Shown here piece by piece: positions 49,379-59,395 of a DNA stretch of 64,000 nt. A model generated the notes under the pieces. The model searched no databases and was not told where the DNA came from. It saw only the letters and a list, made by a program, of their open reading frames with translations. Every line of letters starts with the position of its first letter. Positions within the stretch are counted from its first letter, which is position 1. Origin of the DNA: a virus; the IMG/VR virus record IMGVR_UViG_3300036944_000561, positions 1 through 64,000 of that record; one strand, given 5' to 3'. The translations under genes were made by a program, and so were the position numbers.

Positions 49379-50020
49379 TTATAGTCTGTTCAACGCCATT
49401 TTAAACCGACGAATTAATTCTTCGTCATTGCTGTTTTCGCGGATAAATGTATCCGCTTTGCGCCCATCAACACTGACAGGACGCCATACACCATTTTCAC
49501 AAATCCATTCTACAGATTCATGAATAGCATTTACATAACAAGCCTGACCAGAAGGACGATCAACTGTATCAACAGCAGTGATCATATACCCTGGGCGGAC
49601 ATGGTCACCCCTGACTTCACCCAAACCACGAGTTGAAACCCCCAGGTTGTACCCGGCTTCAACCAATGATCTTAGAATCTGTCCTTTGGGATTGTTCAAC
49701 ACTTCAGCGCGACCGACCGCTAGACTTTTATCCCATGTCAACGGGGTATGGATCATGGTTGCGGCTTCACTAAGTTTTGGAAATGGATATTCTGGATGTT
49801 CAACTTCACCAATTGCACGGCGATCTTGGATATAATCCCGATTGTATGCCTCAACAGCAGGGATACCCACGGTGTCCATATCATAGATACGACCGTTACG
49901 GTTTTTGGAGTTACACATCACCATTGGACCTTCAAGATACAGTTTTCGTCCAGACTCAGTGTTCTCTGTCAAAACGTCCAACTGCAGGTCACCATGATAA
50001 TTGTCAGACAAAAACTTCAT
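49379..50020 (-). CDS. 21: Prohead protease gp21
   Basis: NRNGRIY, AIGEVEHP, LGVSTRGLG, VDTVDRPS. Confidence 0.95.
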   Translation of the reverse strand: MKFLSDNYHGDLQLDVLTENTESGRKLYLEGPMVMCNSKNRNGRIYDMDTVGIPAVEAYNRDYIQDRRAIGEVEHPEYPFPKLSEAATMIHTPLTWDKSLAVGRAEVLNNPKGQILRSLVEAGYNLGVSTRGLGEVRGDHVRPGYMITAVDTVDRPSGQACYVNAIHESVEWICENGVWRPVSVDGRKADTFIRENSNDEELIRRFKMALNRL

Positions 50021-50031
50021 ATCATTTCTCC

Positions 50032-50322
50032 TTACAGTCCATATGATTTACGACGAGCCATGGCTTTGCGCTGTTTCCGTGCTATCCGGTTCCATTGCCC
50101 GACTTTCTTCTTGTTTCCGCGGATTGCGCCCTTTTTGCGAGAAATTTTCTCTTTGGCTCCAATCTTCACACAAGAAGAACCATCCGGAGACGGTTTATAT
50201 CCTGACGGGCATTTCTTGACTTTGCGTTTTTCGCCACTGGCTCTGACTTTGATTTTGTATGCTTCATCCAACTCAACGATAGAACCTTCGTTGATCAGTG
50301 GCATAGCGATTTTGTTTTCCAT
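50032..50322 (-). CDS. Prohead core protein gp68-like (basic)
   Basis: KVRASGEKRKVKKC...RKQRKAMARRKSYGL; located upstream of gene 21. Confidence 0.8.
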   Translation of the reverse strand: MENKIAMPLINEGSIVELDEAYKIKVRASGEKRKVKKCPSGYKPSPDGSSCVKIGAKEKISRKKGAIRGNKKKVGQWNRIARKQRKAMARRKSYGL

Positions 50323-50324
50323 GA

Positions 50325-50531
50325 TTACTCCTCCTCGTCCTCATCATCGAATGCTTCATCATCACATTCATGAGTTTGAGGAGCAACCATTGCAGAAAGA
50401 ATGTGAGATTTTACGTCATCGATCACACCGTCAGCCCGGTCATTCAATTCATTTTCAATCAGTTCTTGTGCTTGGCTCAGATCATTAGAACCCAGAGCAG
50501 CTACAATCTGATGTACACGTGCGTTTGCCAT
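50325..50531 (-). CDS. Prohead core protein gp67-like (acidic)
   Basis: Short helical protein with D/E-rich tail between portal and gp68. Confidence 0.7.
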   Translation of the reverse strand: MANARVHQIVAALGSNDLSQAQELIENELNDRADGVIDDVKSHILSAMVAPQTHECDDEAFDDEDEEE

Positions 50532-50563
50532 GTTGAGGCCTCCTAATAAAATTTCAAAAGTAT

Positions 50564-51028
50564 TTAGCCGATATCCAAATCTAGAAATTTCTTATGCTTT
50601 TTGAAATATTCGATATCACCAGAAGGAATCATATCTCCATCCATGACAAGAACGTTTCCATCTAATTGAAGATCGTATGAAGCAACACCATCAATATAAA
50701 TGGTAACAGTCTTATCCTTTCCAACCGCCTTGTATTTGCTCTTAGATGCATCAACGAATTTTGCGAATTTTGCAGCAGCTTTGAGAATATCTTCACCCGC
50801 CTTTACTGGATAGTACAGTCTATATCCATATCCAGATTTTGGTTCATATTTGATAACCCCGATGCTAGTGTTGACCGACGTCTGACCTTCGCAAATACTT
50901 TTCAAAATTGATTCGGTTATAGTCGCTTTGATGTTTTCGCTTCTTTTGTTGAGTTCTGCTTCTATAAGTTCCTGAGCACTTTCTAAATTATTTGTCATCA
51001 GTGCTTCAACAATTTGTTCAACTGACAT
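50564..51028 (-). CDS. gp67-like leader fused to an unknown Lys-rich domain
   Basis: Residues 3-29 are 18/27 identical to the adjacent gp67-like protein. Confidence 0.75.
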   Translation of the reverse strand: MSVEQIVEALMTNNLESAQELIEAELNKRSENIKATITESILKSICEGQTSVNTSIGVIKYEPKSGYGYRLYYPVKAGEDILKAAAKFAKFVDASKSKYKAVGKDKTVTIYIDGVASYDLQLDGNVLVMDGDMIPSGDIEYFKKHKKFLDLDIG

Positions 51029-51029
51029 T

Positions 51030-52739
51030 TCATTTCTCCTCAGGGATTTGGTCTGGTTCTTCAGCAGCGGGATAATTCAAACTACCCGGTTGAGGTTCTG
51101 GTTGTTCCGGGGGAGTTTCCGGTTCTTCAAAACCACCTTGTCCCGTTTCATCTTCCTTTTTCATTTGGAGTGGGGATTCTCCGATATCGTCGTAAAGACC
51201 AGCTTTCTTCTCTTCAGCAATTTGTTTTTCTTCTTGTTCGATTTCTTCATCAGACAACCGGAGGATGTTTTTCTTGATGGTTTGAATAGAGAAAATTTTG
51301 CCAACATACGGTTCGGCCTCACGCATTGCATTGATACGACCCATCATGAGTTCAGTTTCTTGTTGTTCAGCAACATAAGAATCCGCTGCATAGTCATATC
51401 CAATTTTGTCTTTGATTTCTTCCCATTCATCGGAATTAACAATCTTTTTCTGAATGAGTTCGACTTTCAATATTTGCTTAAGAATGGCATTAAAACGTTT
51501 CTTGACACGCCCGGTATGTCTGTTGAATTTCCATTCCTCACGAGTGATCTGCGCCAAATCGGATCCACCGATATTCACCATCGCATCTGGTGATTGGCGA
51601 GTGGTTGGAATTTTCAAAGAACGATACAATTTATCTCTGAAATATTGAATATGATTGACTTCACCAATGTTTCTTCCGGCTTCAAGATTTTGAATTTCTG
51701 TGGCTTGCTGACCATCACGCCGGGGCAACCAATAGTCTTCTACCATTGAGATGTTGGTCTTGTTTCGATCAATGTCCCCGGTTTCAGTGTTGTAGTTCAA
51801 TTTCGTTTTGAACTTTTCCATCATTTTGACGATGTATTCTTCTGCTGATTTCTTAGGTAGATCTCCAACGTCTAGAAGGAATGCTCTCTTGTCAATTGCG
51901 CGAGTGATGGAATATATCACATTACCATCTTCAACCGTTTTCAGGTTGTTTGCAGGCTTTACAGCTGGCTCTAGAAAGCCGACTGATGATCTACCATCCG
52001 AAGTGTACATCCCTGCATCTGAAAATGCGACGGATTCAAACGGAAGTTCTAGAATTTTGTTTTGATTGATGCTCATCACCCAGGTATTCACCCCGGATTG
52101 ACTGGTCGCAGTCGAATCATACAAATATGTTTTGCGTTCACTCTTGACAATTTCAATATTGTCTTTGTGTTCGGTTTCAACCAAAGTCACCGGGCGAATA
52201 GCAACCGGGTCAAGACAAACCAATTTCTTGATCCCTTTACCCTTTTCGTCCAAGATGATCTGATAACCACGACGACCATCAACATAGAATTGTCTGAAGA
52301 CTTCGTATGCATTATCTTCAAGATCCATCAATCGACTAATCTTATCATGAGCCTCACGGATCTTATCTTTAATGCTTTCAGAAAGTTCAAGACGATCTAA
52401 GTTTATAGCAATCGGGCTTTCATCACCTTCGTTTGTGATAATGTCATTAATCACATGATCAATGGCTTCGTCGACTTCAACATAGTATTGCATATTCCTA
52501 TATGTTAGAATACGAATCGACATTCGCTTGGCATTGGCTTCTGAATTCGGAATAACAGAAGTCAGAACACCTCCACCAATCACATAAGTTTCAGTTCCGT
52601 CTAAGGAAGTTGTGATCTGATTATTCTGAGAAAGATCTTCAACTGGGGTTTCCTGACCATCCCACGGAACTACAGACTTTCCGCCGAATATACCACCCAT
52701 GAAGCTCTCAAGAATAAACGATAATTTTTTATCTGCCAT
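51030..52739 (-). CDS. 20: Portal protein gp20
   Basis: FRQFYVDGR, YSITRAIDKRAFLLDVGDLP, EDYWLPRRDG, LKIPTTR. Confidence 0.96.
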   Translation of the reverse strand: MADKKLSFILESFMGGIFGGKSVVPWDGQETPVEDLSQNNQITTSLDGTETYVIGGGVLTSVIPNSEANAKRMSIRILTYRNMQYYVEVDEAIDHVINDIITNEGDESPIAINLDRLELSESIKDKIREAHDKISRLMDLEDNAYEVFRQFYVDGRRGYQIILDEKGKGIKKLVCLDPVAIRPVTLVETEHKDNIEIVKSERKTYLYDSTATSQSGVNTWVMSINQNKILELPFESVAFSDAGMYTSDGRSSVGFLEPAVKPANNLKTVEDGNVIYSITRAIDKRAFLLDVGDLPKKSAEEYIVKMMEKFKTKLNYNTETGDIDRNKTNISMVEDYWLPRRDGQQATEIQNLEAGRNIGEVNHIQYFRDKLYRSLKIPTTRQSPDAMVNIGGSDLAQITREEWKFNRHTGRVKKRFNAILKQILKVELIQKKIVNSDEWEEIKDKIGYDYAADSYVAEQQETELMMGRINAMREAEPYVGKIFSIQTIKKNILRLSDEEIEQEEKQIAEEKKAGLYDDIGESPLQMKKEDETGQGGFEEPETPPEQPEPQPGSLNYPAAEEPDQIPEEK

Positions 52740-52783
52740 CTTGATAATTCCTGAATAACATTTGTTTCTATTTAAGCAAAAAG

Positions 52784-52807
52784 AAAGGGGACATTTCAGT
52801 CCCCTTT
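52784..52807 (-). terminator. Terminator after gene 19
   Basis: AAAGGGGAC-ATTTCA-GTCCCCTTT; followed on the minus strand by CTTAAATA (52776-52769). Confidence 0.8.
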
Positions 52808-52824
52808 TCTATCAAGCGTATCGC

Positions 52825-53358
52825 TTATCGAGCGGTTGCCCCCTGGCAGTTGAAATACCGCAGAGTCACCGTGAATTGGCTGTAACTGTCTTGAGCAGTT
52901 TGGTCAAGTGTCAATTCCCCTACTTCTTGAGGCCATGCATCTTGAAGTCTGTAGGTCTTGACTACTGCATCATTCTTGTCAAGCAATTCCAATTCGACAT
53001 CTTGGAACAAGTTCACAAATTCATCGGCTGCAGTGTTAGACTGTGATCCGTTGAATTGTTCCTGCCAAGCTTCGAATAAGCTATGATGGAAATCATCTTC
53101 AACACCCAGGAATGTAAGAGGGAACGGTTCCCATTTACGATCACCTGGTTCCGGAAATTCACGGCCACCCCAAGGCAACATCACTTCACCCAAAGTGAAC
53201 TTTGGGGTCTGAGTTGAAATTGCCAGAATGGAAGCATCCTGAGTTTGAGTTGAAGAAGTCACCGCAGCGGGGAACGCTAAATTCACCCGCCAGCGATATT
53301 GACGCCCCACGTTGCCATGGCGTTGTAAGGCACTTCTAAATCCTGCGATTGATGGCAT
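52825..53358 (-). CDS. 19: Tail tube protein gp19
   Basis: RQYRWRV, PWGGREFPEPGDRKW, DAWPQEVGELTLD. Confidence 0.93.
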   Translation of the reverse strand: MPSIAGFRSALQRHGNVGRQYRWRVNLAFPAAVTSSTQTQDASILAISTQTPKFTLGEVMLPWGGREFPEPGDRKWEPFPLTFLGVEDDFHHSLFEAWQEQFNGSQSNTAADEFVNLFQDVELELLDKNDAVVKTYRLQDAWPQEVGELTLDQTAQDSYSQFTVTLRYFNCQGATAR

Positions 53359-53374
53359 TTATCATTCCTCCAAA

Positions 53375-55366
53375 TTATGCGCTGTATGCGCCTTCAAGCT
53401 CAGAAAATTCCATATCTGGACGAAGCGCAACAAAATCAAGCAGAACCCAATCTATCACATACTGCGGCTTGATCCAAATACCTGCAACGAACTTGTTCTC
53501 CACGAGAACCTGAGCATCATTGTTGGTTTCATCACACTTCACCCGGTAATCAAGGATTTCTCCAGATTCTTTCTTCTTGCGGAGATACGGTTCTACAGAC
53601 AGTCTGAAAGACGCCTGAGTAAAGGTGTCATTGTTCTCACCCAACACATACTTGGCAGTGTCTGAAATGTTGACTTCGGCTTCGATGAAAACACCACGAG
53701 TTGGCAATCTAGAAAATGCTGATTTCTTGGAGAGACCAGTTTTCTCACCCATGAGGATGATGCCTTCTTTTTCGGTCACAATTGAGTTGATGCCCAGTTC
53801 GTTGTAAACTTCAGAACGTTCATCATCGTTTGCAGACCAAGCCATTTTCTTATAGCCGAGATATTTCCCACGGTTATAGAATGCAGGGGATTTGCCGATA
53901 CCAGCATTAGAAATGGATCGGAACCAGAGACCAGCGGTGCCACCACAACAAGGAATCCAACGATAGACATTGTTATAACTGTCGTAAACATAACCCCAGT
54001 TATCATCCATAAAGAAATATGAATTATCCCGGAGCAATTCGTTGTTTCTCCAATTACGAAGAACGCTCATTTTGGTCTTTCGACTTGCAGAACGGAACTC
54101 GGCAGGAGGGGAAACGAATGTTACTGAAGTGCGTTTTGAAACACTCAAGTCAATAGCAGCTTGAGTATATTCAAGCAGTTGACCTTGTCCGATCAATGCC
54201 AGGAACTGATTGGTCTTCACGTTCAGAATGTCATAACAGCTCTGGTAATCAGCATCACCAGCCCCGTCTGAACCGTTACGTAATTGGATGAACCCGGTAG
54301 GAACAGAAGTTCCAAACGCTGGACCACAACCAATCCATGAAGAATTCGGGTTCACATAGTCAACATAATACGCAGTTGAACCATCAAACTTCTTAGCACC
54401 TTCGATAATGCTCAGGTGTTCGAAGCTTTCCAAATATGAACCATAATCGGTGATAACAACCGGAGTAGCAGTTACAGCTGTGAATGCGGTGCCAGCTGAA
54501 GCATACCAAGTTGCTGTACCCATATCGGTGTAGAATTCAACTTCGATGTCAGCAGTTCCGGTCAAACGAATGGCACGGATATTGTTCAGACGTTTCTTGC
54601 TTGAAGAAATTTCTTCGTTGAATTGACGAACCAATTCAGTCACCAATTCAGTATCATCAGTCGGTGCCACTAGAGCATTAGGCCATTGAAGCAAAATACG
54701 TGATGTGCCTGTCTGATTACCCAGATAGATACCATCCTGAGCATCACCTGGCCAGGTGATAGACAATGTCACACGATCCGGGAAATCGGTCGGTGTAGTG
54801 CCGCTCAGAGCGCCTGTTTCATCAAAAACAAACAGGTGGTATGTCTCATCAGCAGTCAGATCACTCTTGTCATTCAACAAAGTGTAGAGATATGCAAGAC
54901 CAGACCGAAATCCATCAGCATAATCTTGTTTTGCGGTAGCCAGGTCAGTCGAATCCATTACATAGGTGTTCAGATTGTTTCCTAGCGCACCAGGATACCG
55001 AGCGAAAATTTCATTGTTTCCTGCGTAATCTTCAAGATCTTGAGCATTCTTAACAGTCATTGCATCACCAGTAGTTGGGATGGCGTTCAATGCTCCAGGT
55101 TTAAGAGCACGACAAACCATTGCTGATTTGCTATAACGGAAGAAGTCAGCCATCACCAAAAAGTCCAGATATTGAGTGGTGGTTGGCTTCCAGAAATTGG
55201 AAACAAGTCCGGTTTCCCCGCTTGAAATTCTGACAGGATTTTCTGCTTCACCCCACGCAAACTCACCGACAAGAGCAGCAAGCTGTGTGAGGCCAGAAGT
55301 AGTCGCCAATGTCAGATCGGTTTCAGTCCATTGAACCGATGGAGCGACAATAAATGAATCAGCCAT
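53375..55366 (-). CDS. 18: Tail sheath protein gp18
   Basis: PSVQWTETDLT, GEFAWG, SPAFYNRG, GEKT, FSRLPTR, GENNDTFT. Confidence 0.95.
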   Translation of the reverse strand: MADSFIVAPSVQWTETDLTLATTSGLTQLAALVGEFAWGEAENPVRISSGETGLVSNFWKPTTTQYLDFLVMADFFRYSKSAMVCRALKPGALNAIPTTGDAMTVKNAQDLEDYAGNNEIFARYPGALGNNLNTYVMDSTDLATAKQDYADGFRSGLAYLYTLLNDKSDLTADETYHLFVFDETGALSGTTPTDFPDRVTLSITWPGDAQDGIYLGNQTGTSRILLQWPNALVAPTDDTELVTELVRQFNEEISSSKKRLNNIRAIRLTGTADIEVEFYTDMGTATWYASAGTAFTAVTATPVVITDYGSYLESFEHLSIIEGAKKFDGSTAYYVDYVNPNSSWIGCGPAFGTSVPTGFIQLRNGSDGAGDADYQSCYDILNVKTNQFLALIGQGQLLEYTQAAIDLSVSKRTSVTFVSPPAEFRSASRKTKMSVLRNWRNNELLRDNSYFFMDDNWGYVYDSYNNVYRWIPCCGGTAGLWFRSISNAGIGKSPAFYNRGKYLGYKKMAWSANDDERSEVYNELGINSIVTEKEGIILMGEKTGLSKKSAFSRLPTRGVFIEAEVNISDTAKYVLGENNDTFTQASFRLSVEPYLRKKKESGEILDYRVKCDETNNDAQVLVENKFVAGIWIKPQYVIDWVLLDFVALRPDMEFSELEGAYSA

Positions 55367-55414
55367 GATTTTCTCCAGTTGATTTGCTTTGTAAACTTCA
55401 TTTATTTAGTCTCA

Positions 55415-57145
55415 TCAGTTGCGCATCCAATCTTCTATAGATTGACCGGATGTTTCTGGTGTTAAGACTGAAATACCTGATGTTGAAACTTCTGTTTCGA
55501 CTTCGTTGTTCGTACCCCCAACCAGAGGAAGTTTGAAAGAACCTTCATCAGTGGCTTTGTTGTACAATTCAGTTGAAACATTTCGTCCAAATTCGTCAAT
55601 GAACCATTGTTGCTTATACAACCAGGAAGCAATCACCAATGTCATCACAGTATCGTCGTGACAACCGTTGTCTGCTTGATATTTGTCGTCTTTGAGAATG
55701 AAGTTTCCCAACTCATAAATGGTTTCAAGATCTTTGACTTCCATCAATCCATTTTCGAGCATTGATTTCATGTTAGAACAGCCCACTGAGCGTGTTCGTT
55801 TGGTTGTTCTAATACCGGGCTTAGAACCCTTTCCGCCAATTTTCAATAATCCGGTCTTTTTGTCAAGTCCTGTTTTGAGAACATTTTCATATTCAAGATC
55901 ATAATAAAGAACAGTAATCGCCTGACCACCCATATCATTATTGATCTCTGGTATCACATAGCAACTACCATAAGCCTCACACATTGAAACAATGACATGC
56001 GGAAACAACAACGGAGAAATTTCATTGTTACGATATATTGCGGCAGTTGAATATGGATATGAAGATACATCCATAATACGACAAACAGAATAATCATCAC
56101 CTGTACCACCTCCAACATCAACGATGGCGATGTATTTCCGATTTTCTTCATATCTTCTGTAGATCTTGGTCCATTCATCGGGTTCTTCTAATGGACTTGT
56201 GGACACCATATTTTCAAGAGTTTTGGTATTGACCAGAGTTCCAACAGATCCAACGAAAGAACATTCAAATTCTTGTTTGAAACGGGCTTCCCCCAGTTTC
56301 TTGATTTGTTTGGCTTTCCAATCTGGATCTTTGCAATATGTAGGCACTTTATCCCATGTAACCTGAATTCTATGAAATCCGTTTGTATCCCCGTTCTCAT
56401 CTGGTTCAGCTTCCTTCCACAACTTATAAAACAACCCTCGTTGTCCTTTGGGGGTAGAGGTTATGATAACTTTGGAAGTTTCTGATTGTGATATAGCCGG
56501 GAAAGTAGATTCCCAAAACTCCATATCATTTTCAATGTGCGCTGCCTCATCCACATATAGGACTGCGCATGACCTACCCCTGATGGAGTCTGAAGATGTT
56601 GCATACGCTACGATTTTTGATCCATTATCAAATTCGACTTCAGTAGAACCATATTTTACGACACCAGGGGATAGGAAAAATGGCATATCCAATAATGCTT
56701 TCCTCACCCTAGCAAGAATCTCTATGGCTTGTTTTTCTTTATTCGCAAGAACAAAAATTTCTTTGTGTGGATGAAAAATTAGATACCATAACAAATAACA
56801 ACCAACTGTTGTAGACTTACCACTTTGACGTGATTGATTGTCAATTACAAAGCGATGTTCATTGAACGCATATAATAGCTCTTCCTGATATTCAAAAGGT
56901 TCAAAGAGAATGAAGCCCTTATCGATCGATGTGATTTTGTAGTAATTTTCAGCGAAATATACAGGATCTTCAGCACAACGCATGTACTCGATTTCTTGTT
57001 CCAGTGTCAACTCAATCTCTATTCCCTCGTTTTTCAACTTCTTCGAACGAGGAAATGTCTGATGAACATTGAGTTGCTGATCTGGTATCTTGAAACCAGT
57101 TTTCAGCGGAATTAGTTCAATCTTCCTGGGTTGTGGTGTCGCCAT
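55415..57145 (-). CDS. 17: Terminase large subunit gp17
   Basis: SRQSGKST, IRGRS, YVDEAAH, ITSTPKG, QEFEC, DVGGG, HDDTVM. Confidence 0.96.
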   Translation of the reverse strand: MATPQPRKIELIPLKTGFKIPDQQLNVHQTFPRSKKLKNEGIEIELTLEQEIEYMRCAEDPVYFAENYYKITSIDKGFILFEPFEYQEELLYAFNEHRFVIDNQSRQSGKSTTVGCYLLWYLIFHPHKEIFVLANKEKQAIEILARVRKALLDMPFFLSPGVVKYGSTEVEFDNGSKIVAYATSSDSIRGRSCAVLYVDEAAHIENDMEFWESTFPAISQSETSKVIITSTPKGQRGLFYKLWKEAEPDENGDTNGFHRIQVTWDKVPTYCKDPDWKAKQIKKLGEARFKQEFECSFVGSVGTLVNTKTLENMVSTSPLEEPDEWTKIYRRYEENRKYIAIVDVGGGTGDDYSVCRIMDVSSYPYSTAAIYRNNEISPLLFPHVIVSMCEAYGSCYVIPEINNDMGGQAITVLYYDLEYENVLKTGLDKKTGLLKIGGKGSKPGIRTTKRTRSVGCSNMKSMLENGLMEVKDLETIYELGNFILKDDKYQADNGCHDDTVMTLVIASWLYKQQWFIDEFGRNVSTELYNKATDEGSFKLPLVGGTNNEVETEVSTSGISVLTPETSGQSIEDWMRN

Positions 57146-57821
57146 CTTCTTGATTCTCTACTTCTGAAAATTCAGCTTCAACCGCGTTCAGTCTTTCTTG
57201 CTCTAAGCGATCAAGTTCCCTGGCGCGATCTGCAATTTCTGATGTATCCAATTCTTGTTTCTTTTCTTTTGCTTGACGGATGACTTCGAGAATATTTTTG
57301 CTTGTTGGTCTTGGCTGAGTTGAAACTCTGACAACGTTTCCATCAGCGTCTTTTACTTCAACTGACAATCCATCGCCATGTCCCGGTTCTTCTTTCGGTA
57401 TTGGAGGAGGGAGCGTACGAGTCTTGGCTCTGGTTTCTGCAGCAGCCCTATTGATATCCATCAGGTCTTTGTTAAGGCCTCTCATGTTGGTTAACAGAGC
57501 GTTGAAAGTGTCATATGCTCTGGGGTGTTGTGTAGCGACCGCGATAGAGCAAACATTCTTCAACATGGTCAAAGAAATTTCTTGAAGAGCATACGTGAAA
57601 TTTCTTGATCTTGCATAATCTGTTTGAATATCTGAAGAATCTTCATCCTCTATTTTCGTCTCTTTTTCACTGAGTTCAAAGCTAGGCATTTCGCCTTGCA
57701 ATTCTTCTAACATTTCGCTTTCATCACCATCCGTGATTTCTTGCATAGTCTTCGATGTTGCATCACCAAGACTCTGAACCTGTGCCAGCGTTTCTAACAA
57801 TTTATCATTGATGTCTTTCAT
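57117..57821 (-). CDS. 16: Terminase small subunit gp16
   Basis: DY..SR, HPRAYDTF..LL; overlaps the gp17 start. Confidence 0.85.
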   Translation of the reverse strand: MKDINDKLLETLAQVQSLGDATSKTMQEITDGDESEMLEELQGEMPSFELSEKETKIEDEDSSDIQTDYARSRNFTYALQEISLTMLKNVCSIAVATQHPRAYDTFNALLTNMRGLNKDLMDINRAAAETRAKTRTLPPPIPKEEPGHGDGLSVEVKDADGNVVRVSTQPRPTSKNILEVIRQAKEKKQELDTSEIADRARELDRLEQERLNAVEAEFSEVENQEDGDTTTQED

Positions 57822-58621
57822 TATTCATATCCTGGTCTAATCCAATCACCGGAACCGATTACGATGAAGTCTGTGTCAGCATCCTCAACATAAGCTCCTT
57901 CTTCGTTAGTTAATGGAAGATTTGCATGGAACCGGGTAGTCACTTCAACGGGTTCATAATATGTCGACCAACGTTGTTCTGGAGAAGTTTCAGTAGCACC
58001 AGTGGAAAGATATATGTCAACTTCCTTGATGATATTGACTCCACCGCTATCAGCTAAATTCCGCCCGTAGAAATATCCACCTTCGATTCTTATATTGAAT
58101 GTCAGATCATAGTAGTTGGGTTCTTCACCTGTACCCTCGAATGAATCTACAAAATCATAAGATGTTAGATAGATTTTCAAATTCTCTACCAATGCTTCCA
58201 TTGCAGTGCCAGAATCGTCAGCAGTGATCTTGATATCATATGTCGGCCAAAACATGCACAATGCTTGTTCTTGTATTTGAAACATTGTGTCCTGTTTCTT
58301 TACACGAATGCACCATTCGAAGTCAAGAAAAACAGGAATCTTCATTCTGCTGATAGCTGAACCATATACTTCGGTCAGATTTCGATTCTGTTGTTTCTCG
58401 GTGTTGACTTCGAACCCAGTAAATTTCAATGTTTGCTTGGGGATAGTGTCGGTAGAATAGGTGACAGAGTCTTGATTTCTCAGACCACCCATATATTCTA
58501 ACGGGACACGAATGGTTTTACCTTCTGTGGAGATTTGGAGTTCTGATAACAGAAGACCCAATAATTGTCCATATCGACGAACTCGTTCACCATAGAAATA
58601 ATTGTTCAAAGGACCAGCCAT
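57821..58621 (-). CDS. 15: Tail sheath stabilizer gp15
   Basis: YFYGERVRRY, IRVPLEY, QIQEQAL..F.P, YDLTF. Confidence 0.85.
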   Translation of the reverse strand: MAGPLNNYFYGERVRRYGQLLGLLLSELQISTEGKTIRVPLEYMGGLRNQDSVTYSTDTIPKQTLKFTGFEVNTEKQQNRNLTEVYGSAISRMKIPVFLDFEWCIRVKKQDTMFQIQEQALCMFWPTYDIKITADDSGTAMEALVENLKIYLTSYDFVDSFEGTGEEPNYYDLTFNIRIEGGYFYGRNLADSGGVNIIKEVDIYLSTGATETSPEQRWSTYYEPVEVTTRFHANLPLTNEEGAYVEDADTDFIVIGSGDWIRPGYE

Positions 58622-58623
58622 GA

Positions 58624-59259
58624 TTAATCCCTCGTTTCAACAATGCTTGATGACACCGGAGCGGTTTTGACTTCATCTCGTTTATCGCGAGGATCTTCTG
58701 ACCGGGTAACGGTAGCATCATCTGGATCAACAGTATCAACCACTGTTTCAAGATCATCAATTTCTTGAATACCTGTATCGAAGTCTTCATGACCATATTT
58801 GAATTTCACTACTCTGACCCGCCACACCCGGTTGACACCGACTTGTCTGAAATCTTCATCTTGTAATCGTTTTTGGACTTCATAAAATTGTTGTGTATAC
58901 GGAACATACACCAAATCACCCGGTGTCGGTTCTGTTCGCAGTCCAACCATTTCTTCTGCGAATCTTGCTTGAGAATACATCAACGTTGCAGTGTCCTCAA
59001 ACCCAAATCCACCAAATTTTGAAAACAAATCACCTTCACCGTTGAAATTAGTGATAGATTCTAGATAGAATTCAAGACTTTTCGCATCTTTGAAATTGTT
59101 GAATTCTGCTTCATTGAACATTTCGATTTCATCAACCAATTCTCTAACAATATAATATGCGTCAACGCCACGTTGCTGAATAAACTCAGTAACAAGGTCA
59201 GAAATCAGCTTCTGTTCCCCGGCATGGCTGAAATGGTTAAAATATTGACTGGTTGCCAT
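58624..59259 (-). CDS. 14: Neck protein gp14
   Basis: EQKLISDLVTEFIQQRGVD, EGDLFSKFG, PTPGDLVYVP. Confidence 0.93.
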   Translation of the reverse strand: MATSQYFNHFSHAGEQKLISDLVTEFIQQRGVDAYYIVRELVDEIEMFNEAEFNNFKDAKSLEFYLESITNFNGEGDLFSKFGGFGFEDTATLMYSQARFAEEMVGLRTEPTPGDLVYVPYTQQFYEVQKRLQDEDFRQVGVNRVWRVRVVKFKYGHEDFDTGIQEIDDLETVVDTVDPDDATVTRSEDPRDKRDEVKTAPVSSSIVETRD

Positions 59260-59289
59260 TGTGGTATCCCCTAGTCTAATCAATACCAG

Positions 59290-59297
59290 TATTTATA
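59290..59297 (-). promoter_or_regulatory. Late promoter TATAAATA for gene 14
   Basis: TATTTATA on + strand. Confidence 0.8.
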
Positions 59298-59310
59298 GCC
59301 GTAAATTATT

Positions 59311-59395
59311 TTTCAAAAAGGCTTTACTTGAATTTTCAAAAGCGTATACTGGTTTCCATGGGGCAATAACGCCTAACCCTTAGAGGATAGAAATC
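59311..59395 (+). promoter_or_regulatory. Early promoter module (repeat family) with leader hairpin and RBS
   Basis: TTTACT-16-TATACT-GGTTTCCA; GGC-AATAAC-GCC; CCCTTAGAGGATA. Confidence 0.88.

Noticed and set aside
49748-52400. Long + strand ORFs antisense to the head genes
   Set aside because: No RBS or recognisable motifs; typical antisense shadows of strongly biased coding sequence
55415-57145. Inteins or introns in terminase, helicases, topoisomerase or primase
   Set aside because: Lengths are normal, motifs are contiguous, and there are no splice-junction signatures
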